A stretch of 64,000 nucleotides of DNA from an uncultured virus (IMG/VR IMGVR_UViG_3300005436_000011) (taxonomy: Duplodnaviria > Heunggongvirae > Uroviricota > Caudoviricetes): IMG/VR virus record IMGVR_UViG_3300005436_000011; one strand, 5' to 3'. The notes under the pieces are model-generated. The model was given only the letters and a program-made list of their open reading frames with translations. It was not told the DNA's origin and searched no databases. A program made the translations under genes and the position numbers. Numbering within the stretch: position 1 is the first letter of the stretch; the number at the start of each line of letters is the position of its first letter. Shown here piece by piece: positions 27,311 to 34,343 of the stretch.

Positions 27311-27984
27311 GACGCCCTCGCCTGCAGGTTCGCGACGTCCAGGGGCAGGCCGTGCTCGACGTACTCCTCGTAGGCCGCGTGGTCACGGCTCGTGACCGCG
27401 CCGGCGTTGACGAGCTCGTACCGCTCGTCCGACTCGGCCTTGCCCACGATGGGGTGCAGGTGCTCGAGAACGACGTCGCCGCGATAGGCGAGCTTGCCGA
27501 GGCCACGGCCCCAGTCCATCCACACGTTGTCGACGTAGAGGTGCTGGAGGCTCGGCGGGGCCATGTAGCCGAGGGTTCGCGGAATCCGCGCGTCCATGAC
27601 GGCCGCGGTCGCGAGGTTGGGGCCGTGCACGAGGTCGTTGCCGTAGGCGACGCCGCCGCCCATCGCGCCGATGGCATCGCAGAGGTGCCGGTCCCAGCCG
27701 GGGGTTCCCGGCAGGTGGTCGTCACCCATGAACCCGAGGCACGCGGCCTGCGTGTCGTAGCGGTCGGCGAGCTGGTTGAGCGCGCCGACCATGCCGGGAC
27801 CCGCCGGCTCCACGACCTCCACGACGGCGTCGATGGCCTGGTAGACTTCGAGGTCGGGGTCGTCGGCATCGACGCCGAGCACGAGGAGGGTCTTGGCGCG
27901 GCACAGCTCGCTGAACGCCTTGGCGAGGCGAGCCGCGTTCGTGGGCCGCCCACGGGTGGGCGTGAGCACGATGAGATCGGTCAT
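27307..27984 (-). CDS. GT-A (GT2-like) glycosyltransferase
   Basis: VLTPTRGRP, FMGDDH, HLYVDN, LEHLHP motifs. Confidence 0.8.
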   Translation of the reverse strand: MTDLIVLTPTRGRPTNAARLAKAFSELCRAKTLLVLGVDADDPDLEVYQAIDAVVEVVEPAGPGMVGALNQLADRYDTQAACLGFMGDDHLPGTPGWDRHLCDAIGAMGGGVAYGNDLVHGPNLATAAVMDARIPRTLGYMAPPSLQHLYVDNVWMDWGRGLGKLAYRGDVVLEHLHPIVGKAESDERYELVNAGAVTSRDHAAYEEYVEHGLPLDVANLQARAS

Positions 27985-28892
27985 AGCACGGACCCTATCG
28001 CACGTCGGATGCCCTCCTCGAGGGACACCCTCGGCGTGTAGAACTGAAGCATGTTCGTGGGGTCCCCGACTCGGTAGCGGACGCCGGTGGGTGCCTCGAG
28101 GCGGTGCTTGAGCTCGGGCGCGTAGCCAGCCGCGGCGGTGACGAGCCGCGCGAGCTCGTTGAACGAGGTGGCGCGGCCGGTGCAGACGTTGACCGGCTCG
28201 CGGACGTCCTGGTCAACGACGGCGAGCGTGGCCCCCACGACGTCGTCGACGTGCACGAAGTCCCGGACCTGCTCGCCGTCGCCCCAGATCTCGAACGGGT
28301 CGTCACGGCGCAGGGCGCGCTGCACGAATGCGGGGAAGGGGTACGCGGTGTCCTGATCGGTGCCGTAGCCGCTGAACGGCCGCAGCACGTGGACCCGGCC
28401 ACCCGCGGCGGCGTAGTGGTGAGCGAGAAGCTCGCCGGTCACCTTCGTCCACCCGTACGTCTGGTCGGGCATGCCGAGCAGGGAGTTGCCGCGGATGCTG
28501 AGCTCGCACTCACGCAGAGAGTCGGCGTAGCGCAGCTTGGGATCGGCGGTGTCCTGCAGGTCGACCGGGTACGCGGCGGAGCTGCTGAAATAGACGAGCG
28601 CGCCGGGCCTCGTGCGGTGAGCCCACTGAAAGAGCTCCGCGTCGATCGCGAGGTCGACGGCGACCTCGAGGGGCGCGCCGTCGATCTTCACGCGGCCGCC
28701 GACGACGGCGGCGCAGTGCACGACGAGGTCGTAGCGCCTGGCGTTGAGGCGGAAGAAGTCGCGGGCGTCGATCGGCCCGTTCTCGTCGCGCACGTCGAAG
28801 CCGGTGACCGAGTAACCGAGCGAGCTCAGGCGACGCAGCACGTGCCGGCCGATGAAGCCGAGGTGGCCGGTGACCAGCGCTCGCTTGCTCAC
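27981..28892 (-). CDS. NAD-dependent nucleotide-sugar epimerase/dehydratase
   Basis: ALVTGHLGFIG, SSSAAY, YGWTK (YxxxK), RDFVHVDD motifs. Confidence 0.9.
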   Translation of the reverse strand: MSKRALVTGHLGFIGRHVLRRLSSLGYSVTGFDVRDENGPIDARDFFRLNARRYDLVVHCAAVVGGRVKIDGAPLEVAVDLAIDAELFQWAHRTRPGALVYFSSSAAYPVDLQDTADPKLRYADSLRECELSIRGNSLLGMPDQTYGWTKVTGELLAHHYAAAGGRVHVLRPFSGYGTDQDTAYPFPAFVQRALRRDDPFEIWGDGEQVRDFVHVDDVVGATLAVVDQDVREPVNVCTGRATSFNELARLVTAAAGYAPELKHRLEAPTGVRYRVGDPTNMLQFYTPRVSLEEGIRRAIGSVL

Positions 28893-29866
28893 AGCTCCAG
28901 CACCCTCTCCCACCGCCACAGGTTGTCCTCGATGAGGCTGGTTGACGTGACGTGGCTCCGGGCCTTGCGGCCCATCTCCTCGCGGAGGTCGCGGTCCTCC
29001 AGGAGCTGCCGCAGGTAGATCGGCCACTCGTGGGGGCGATCAACCAGGAAGCCGGTCTCGCCGTGCCGCACGTAGTCGGCGTAGGGGCCGCAGTTCGACG
29101 CGACGACGGGGATGCCGAGCGCGCCGTACTCCATCGCCTTCAAGGCCGACTTGGACTTATTGAAGAGGGAGGGCCGCAGGGGAGCTAGCCCGATGTGGAA
29201 GTCGATCGCCCGCAGGTAGTCGTCGATGCCGTTGTGCCACCCCGTGTGTCGGGTCTTGGGCCACCTGGTGGCGAGGTCGACACCCATGGTGTGCAGCTCC
29301 ACGCCTTGGTTGCGCTGCAGGAACCGTCGGAGCTCGCTGCTGAGCTCGGCCCAGTCACCGAGGTGGGTGGCGCTGCCGGCCCAGCCGATCGTGGTGACAT
29401 CCGCGGCACGCTCGGGCTCGTGGTCGACGAGCCAGCTGGAGACGTGGTTGGGGATCACCTCGATCGGGGCGGTCGTGTACTCGCTGAGGCGGTTCGCGAG
29501 GTGGTCGGTCGTGGTCGTGACGAGGTCGGCCACGGCGAGGTTCTGTCTGGCCCGGTCCTGCATCTCGAGGTTGAAGAAGCCATGGGCGATGGGGCTGGTG
29601 CCCTCGATGTTCCACAGGTCGTCGTCGAACTCGAGGACGACCTTGGTGTGGCCCTTTCGGGCGACCTTCTGGATCCACTCGCTGGGGCCGGGCAGGACGA
29701 CGCGCTGGGCGATGACGACGTCGGCGGCGCCGAGGGCGACGTCAGATGGCATGTTGCCGTCGCAGCTGACGTCGTGTCCCTTGGCCTTGAGCGCGTTGAA
29801 CGGCTGCTTGACGCGGTAGTAGCCGCAGCCGCTGTGGTCGCAGAGCCAGCCAAAGACCTTGGTCAC
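28889..29866 (-). CDS. GT4-like (GT-B) glycosyltransferase
   Basis: SGCGYYRV, DDDLW, IGWAGSATH, FNKSKSALKAMEYGALGIPVVAS motifs. Confidence 0.9.
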   Translation of the reverse strand: MTKVFGWLCDHSGCGYYRVKQPFNALKAKGHDVSCDGNMPSDVALGAADVVIAQRVVLPGPSEWIQKVARKGHTKVVLEFDDDLWNIEGTSPIAHGFFNLEMQDRARQNLAVADLVTTTTDHLANRLSEYTTAPIEVIPNHVSSWLVDHEPERAADVTTIGWAGSATHLGDWAELSSELRRFLQRNQGVELHTMGVDLATRWPKTRHTGWHNGIDDYLRAIDFHIGLAPLRPSLFNKSKSALKAMEYGALGIPVVASNCGPYADYVRHGETGFLVDRPHEWPIYLRQLLEDRDLREEMGRKARSHVTSTSLIEDNLWRWERVLEL

Positions 29867-30021
29867 CGACGACCCTCCGCGTCCCGAACGGGGCTCGGCA
29901 GCTTAACCCACCGGCCCTCGCGCTCCCAGCTGAACTTGACCCACTGCCACCAGGAGCCGTCCTCGAGGACGGTCAGCTCGCCACGACTGCCGGGATCCGT
30001 GGGATAGACCGGCGCGGTCAC
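29863..30021 (-). CDS. small Trp-rich hypothetical protein (52 aa, not in ORF track)
   Basis: VTAPVYPTDPGSRGELTVLEDGSWWQWVKFSW...; overlaps both neighbours in coupled fashion. Confidence 0.5.
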   Translation of the reverse strand: MTAPVYPTDPGSRGELTVLEDGSWWQWVKFSWEREGRWVKLPSPVRDAEGRR

Positions 30022-30332
30022 TAGCTGACCTCGTCGACGGCGTTGGTGGGGGCGGGGTTGACGATCACGGTGATGTCGCTCGCGGGGTTGCCGTTCACGA
30101 CGGTTAGCCCGTGCTGGAGCGTGCTGCCGTATTCATAGGACTGCTGGGTGCTGACCGCTGAGGCGTGCAGGGTGGCGAGAACCGTGCCGGAGGCGGTCGG
30201 TGAGTCGTAGATCGTGATCGTGGACCCGGCCGCGGCGCCGGCGTTGTTGATGATGACCCGGCTGAGCACGACGTTCCCAGCGGTCTGCAGCGTGAAGCTG
30301 CCGGACGCGCTGATGTTGAAGGTGTTGCTCAC
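30021..30332 (-). CDS. small beta-rich putative virion protein
   Basis: ITIYDSPTASGTVLA...GLTVV pattern seen in phage structural proteins. Confidence 0.55.
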   Translation of the reverse strand: MSNTFNISASGSFTLQTAGNVVLSRVIINNAGAAAGSTITIYDSPTASGTVLATLHASAVSTQQSYEYGSTLQHGLTVVNGNPASDITVIVNPAPTNAVDEVS

Positions 30333-30613
30333 GCCTCGTCCTCCTCGACCGTGTCCTCACCGCAACGCGGGCAGCTGCGGCTCCACGCGTTCCACATCCG
30401 GCAGCAGGCGGCACACCAGCGCCCTCTCTTGGTGCCGAGGAAGCCGCGGAAGCCGGCGAACGCGAGGCCGGCATCGCCGCCGATCTGGCGCTGGACCGCG
30501 GTCGCGTGCCGCTCGGCGACCTCGACGGTGCCGCCGGACTTGCCGGCGTAGCGGGTGCCGTCCTGCATGTTGAAGCCCTCGCACCCGGGAGGGAGGTTGA
30601 CGCGGACGCCCAC
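30329..30613 (-). CDS. hypothetical protein with C-terminal Zn ribbon
   Basis: CAAC...CPRCG; in operon. Confidence 0.55.
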   Translation of the reverse strand: MGVRVNLPPGCEGFNMQDGTRYAGKSGGTVEVAERHATAVQRQIGGDAGLAFAGFRGFLGTKRGRWCAACCRMWNAWSRSCPRCGEDTVEEDEA

Positions 30614-30616
30614 GGC

Positions 30617-30835
30617 TCAGGCCTCGTCGTCCGGGGTGAACGTGAGGGTGTAGGGCTTGCCGACCTCGAACTGGTCCGCGTTCTTGACGGAGATGCTCAC
30701 GGACAGCGTCGGCGTGGCCTGCGCCCACTCCCGGTTGCGGCCGTCGGCGTAGTCGACGCCGAACTCGAACGAGGCGCCCTCGCTCCCCCAGATCTTCTTG
30801 CTGGTGCACTTGACCTTCGCGGTCACCTGAGCCAT
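30617..30835 (-). CDS. conserved small phage hypothetical protein
   Basis: AKVKC...NREWAQATP...FEVGKPYTLTF motif; ATG at 30835. Confidence 0.65.
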   Translation of the reverse strand: MAQVTAKVKCTSKKIWGSEGASFEFGVDYADGRNREWAQATPTLSVSISVKNADQFEVGKPYTLTFTPDDEA

Positions 30836-30854
30836 CGCCGCCCTCAATTCTCCG

Positions 30855-31466
30855 CTAGAAGTTGATGTGCTTTGGGTGGCAGTCGCCCCGCACGACCCGG
30901 ACCGGCACCGCGAGGCGCTTGGCCAGGCGGTGCACGTTGAGGTCCACGTACGGGTAGTGCCACTCCTTGAGGCCGTCCGTGACGGCCGCGTCGATGAGCC
31001 GCCGCGGCAGGTACGTGAAGCAGAACGTGAACCACTCGGGGTCATCCACGTCGGTCTGCCACAGCTTCATCGCCTGCTCGATGGTGGCGTTCGGCTCGGG
31101 CTCGCGGCGGTGGCTCCACACCCAACTCGGCAGGTGGGTGGACCGTGGCCAGATCCGCGTCGGGGCGGTCCACACGACGGTGGGGTCGGACCCGACGTGC
31201 TGGATCATCGTTCCGAGGTCGGTAGGCTCGATCGCGACGTCGCCATCGAGCAGGAGCATCCCCACGTCCTGCGGGGTCGCCATCTGGCGCCACGCGGACG
31301 CGAGGACGAGGCCCTTGCGGCCCTTGGGGTGCGCCGGCTCGGGGTTGACCTCGATGACGTGGAACGGCTGCTCGACGCTGGGGATGACGTGGCCACGCCA
31401 CGCCACCCTCACGCAGACGAGGTTGATCACCTGGCCGGCGACGCCCGGCCCCTCAGGTGCTGGCAC
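30855..31466 (-). CDS. putative GT-A-fold glycosyltransferase
   Basis: MLLLDGDVAI (DxD), FCFTYLP and late H motif; next to the glycosylation cluster. Confidence 0.55.
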   Translation of the reverse strand: MPAPEGPGVAGQVINLVCVRVAWRGHVIPSVEQPFHVIEVNPEPAHPKGRKGLVLASAWRQMATPQDVGMLLLDGDVAIEPTDLGTMIQHVGSDPTVVWTAPTRIWPRSTHLPSWVWSHRREPEPNATIEQAMKLWQTDVDDPEWFTFCFTYLPRRLIDAAVTDGLKEWHYPYVDLNVHRLAKRLAVPVRVVRGDCHPKHINF

Positions 31467-31578
31467 TCGACGCCTCCCGCTCGGGACGGAGAGACGGCTC
31501 TCCCCCTGGCGTCACTATATCTACTACCAGCACGTTGAAGGCCGAGCGTCGCCGCGCTGTTATCGAGGTGTCGTGATG

Positions 31579-32082
31579 CTAGGACGTGCCGGCGACGGTC
31601 TTCACCGTCGCCGTCGCCGTCCCGGTCACCGTGGCTACCTGCGCCCCCGCCCGGTGGTCGTAGACGACCGCGGCGCTCAGGGTGATGTGGGTGCTGTCCG
31701 GGAACGACGCGATGGTGCCGACCTCGGCGGTGTTGCCGGTGCCGACCTGGACGAGGTTGCCCACCGCGAAGTTCGCGGTGGTGCCGACGGACAGGTTGCT
31801 GGTGCTGCCGCCGGTGGTCGCTGCGGTCAGGTTGGTCACCGCCGTGCCGCTGACGGTGACGCCGCCGGCGGCCGCGTAGATGGCGTTGACGCCGTTGGCG
31901 AAGTTGACCTCGTTCAGCGGGGGCACCGCCAGGCCGCTGGTCGCCGTCACGCCGACGCCGCCGACGTACACGGTGGCGGGGCCGGTGTTGTGGATGACGA
32001 CGTGCGGCCGGCCGACGCTGGCGGGAGTGTAGACCTGGACGGCTGCCGCTCCCACGGGCGTGTAGATGGAACGGCTCGCCAC
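31579..32082 (-). CDS. putative capsid decoration protein
   Basis: Thr/Ala/Val-rich; IHNTGPATVYVGG motif; follows capsid. Confidence 0.55.
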   Translation of the reverse strand: MASRSIYTPVGAAAVQVYTPASVGRPHVVIHNTGPATVYVGGVGVTATSGLAVPPLNEVNFANGVNAIYAAAGGVTVSGTAVTNLTAATTGGSTSNLSVGTTANFAVGNLVQVGTGNTAEVGTIASFPDSTHITLSAAVVYDHRAGAQVATVTGTATATVKTVAGTS

Positions 32083-32083
32083 G

Positions 32084-32440
32084 TCACACCACCGACGGGT
32101 TGGACGCCAGCGCGGCCAGGATCGTCGCGCTGCCGCCGTTGGCGACGGCCGCGTACAGGTTCTGCACCCGGCCCTGGACGGTGAGCTGCTCGCCGGCGTT
32201 GAGCAGGACGCCGGCGGTCGGGGCGGTCATGCCCGAGTTGGTGCCGACGTAGGCGACGCTCGGCCCCTGGTTGAGGACGGTGTACGCCTGGTTGGCGACC
32301 GTGGAGCTGATGAAGTTCCAGGTGTAGGTGCCGCCGGCGTGGCTGACGGCCGAGCCGGAGGTCGCGAACACCTGGGTGCCGCCGGACGTGGTGATGGTGG
32401 TGTTCTGAAGCTGGGGGTAGTCCCCCTCGAAGATGGCCAC
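32084..32440 (-). CDS. putative capsid decoration/cement protein
   Basis: VLNQGPSVAYVG motif paralogous to the next gene; AAAGGA RBS after capsid. Confidence 0.55.
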   Translation of the reverse strand: MAIFEGDYPQLQNTTITTSGGTQVFATSGSAVSHAGGTYTWNFISSTVANQAYTVLNQGPSVAYVGTNSGMTAPTAGVLLNAGEQLTVQGRVQNLYAAVANGGSATILAALASNPSVV

Positions 32441-32471
32441 TTCGGTCCTTTCGCGGACGAGGGTCGACGGG

Positions 32472-32498
32472 GCGCGGCGGCTCGGTGAGCCGCCGCGC
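32472..32498 (-). terminator. hairpin after the major capsid gene
   Basis: GCGCGGCGGCTC / GAGCCGCCGCGC 12-bp inverted repeat. Confidence 0.55.
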
Positions 32499-32504
32499 GG
32501 CCGA

Positions 32505-34310
32505 TCACGTGTAGGGGGTGGTGTTGGTCTTCTGCAGGCCGGCGAGGTGTGCCGAGTACTGCGGCGCGTGCGCCACCATGGCCCCGTACAGGAAGATGCT
32601 GTAGCGGAAGGTGGCGTCGATCACCGGCCACGCGATGGACACGTAGTCCTGGACCGTGGTCATCTCCCACGCGTTGGCGACGTTCGTCCACGTCTGGGGG
32701 AGCTGGTAGGTCATCAGGTCGGCGTTGCCCTGCTTGTACCAGGGGTGCACGACCATCTTCATGATCGACCGGGTGAACGGGTTGCGGAACTCGTCGACGG
32801 CGGCGCCGGTCTGGATGCCGCCGGTCTCCGACTGTTGGATGAACAGCCGGTAGTTGGTGGCGGAGCCCTGGGCGATGACGTCGTCGGACAGGTTCGCGAT
32901 GTCGGTCGCGGAGCTGAGCAGCTCCGCCGGGTCGGCCTTGAACGCGCCCGGGTTGTTGGACGAGCTGTCCCACAGCGCCTTCAGCGTGGTGTTGATGACG
33001 TTGTAATTCAGCGTGGTGCCGACCGCGTTGTTGACGTAGCCGCCCTGCCAGCCGGACGGGTAGATGCCGGCGGTGGCCGACACGCCCGCCAGGGTCGGGA
33101 TGACTCCCTCCATGCGGGTGCCCTTGCCGGTGCCGGTGTCGGCGGCCGGCACGGCGCCGGTCGTCGCGGCGGTGCCCTGCAAGGTGAAGCGGGTGCCGCC
33201 GACCTGCGCCTGCTGCAGGAAGTAGCCGGCGCTGGCGTTGTTGGTGTAGATGTTGGTGAACAGGGCGCCCGCGACGGTCGGGATGGTGACGTCTACGACC
33301 TGGCCGGCGCCGACGGTGACGCTGTTGCTGGCGACGGACGGGGCGGTCTCACCCCAGTAGTTGCCGGCGGTGACCTCGACGGTCAGGGTGCCCGTGGTGA
33401 ACGCGGTCTCGTTGGAGCCGGCGGTGCGCAGGGTCAGGGTCGGCGCGGCCGGGACGGCCAGGTTGACCGACGTGCCGGCGATCATCTGGTACTCCTCGCC
33501 GAGCATCATCTCCTGCAGGAGGATGAGGTTGGCGAGCGCGGAGACGTCCTCGAAGCCCTGGCCGCTGAACTGGGCGAGCCAGGACAGCTGCTCGGTGATG
33601 CCGAAGAACCGGTAGGGCACGTTGAGCGTGACCTCGGTCTGGCTACCCGAGGGCGGCAGGTTCAGCGGCCAGGAGCTGAACGAGCCACCGGAGGTGACGA
33701 GCTCGTCAATGGAGATGTCGAGCACGCCCTGCCCGCCGGTCTGCGAGCCGCTGATGCCGGTGAACACGCGCTCGATCCGGCTGAGGCCCTGGCCCGCCGG
33801 GCGCGGGAACTTGTTGCGGTACAGGGTGTAGACCGGGTAGATCAGCCGCGACGGGGCGAGCAGGTCGAACGGCACGAGGCCGTAGATCGAGCCGATGCCC
33901 AGGTTGCCGGCGGTGAACGACTTGTCGGCGCCGGGGATGCCCTGCAGGAGCTGGCCGATCTGCTCGCCGATGGACGGCTGGGTCAGGGCGGTCTTCAGGT
34001 TGCCGAACTGGTTGAGGAAGCCCTGGTTCATGGACTTCACGACCGACTGGCGGTTCGTGTAGCCCTGCATGGTGGCGGTGCGCAGGTCCAGGGCGGCCTG
34101 GTGGGCGCGGTAGGTGATGTCGGCCTGGTCCTCCAGCGGCTTGTTGGAGCCGATGGTGGCGAGGCCGGCGCCCTTCACCAGGTTGGGCAGCTGGGCCTTG
34201 ATGGCGTCGCCGGTGGTGTTGCAGCGGGACACGGACTCCTGCAGGCCCGCCTTGAGCTCGCTCATGTCGGCGGGGGTCTGGGTGTCGGCGCCCTCGAGGA
34301 GTGCAGCCAC
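32505..34310 (-). CDS. major capsid protein with inserted Thr/Ala-rich domain
   Basis: Position after protease/scaffold; VPFDLLAPSRLIYPVYT..RNKFPR; EEYQMIAG; VVHPW; strongly biased codons. Confidence 0.8.
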   Translation of the reverse strand: MAALLEGADTQTPADMSELKAGLQESVSRCNTTGDAIKAQLPNLVKGAGLATIGSNKPLEDQADITYRAHQAALDLRTATMQGYTNRQSVVKSMNQGFLNQFGNLKTALTQPSIGEQIGQLLQGIPGADKSFTAGNLGIGSIYGLVPFDLLAPSRLIYPVYTLYRNKFPRPAGQGLSRIERVFTGISGSQTGGQGVLDISIDELVTSGGSFSSWPLNLPPSGSQTEVTLNVPYRFFGITEQLSWLAQFSGQGFEDVSALANLILLQEMMLGEEYQMIAGTSVNLAVPAAPTLTLRTAGSNETAFTTGTLTVEVTAGNYWGETAPSVASNSVTVGAGQVVDVTIPTVAGALFTNIYTNNASAGYFLQQAQVGGTRFTLQGTAATTGAVPAADTGTGKGTRMEGVIPTLAGVSATAGIYPSGWQGGYVNNAVGTTLNYNVINTTLKALWDSSSNNPGAFKADPAELLSSATDIANLSDDVIAQGSATNYRLFIQQSETGGIQTGAAVDEFRNPFTRSIMKMVVHPWYKQGNADLMTYQLPQTWTNVANAWEMTTVQDYVSIAWPVIDATFRYSIFLYGAMVAHAPQYSAHLAGLQKTNTTPYT

Positions 34311-34343
34311 GGTGGTTCCTTCCGAAAGCAGCGGGTTGGTGCC

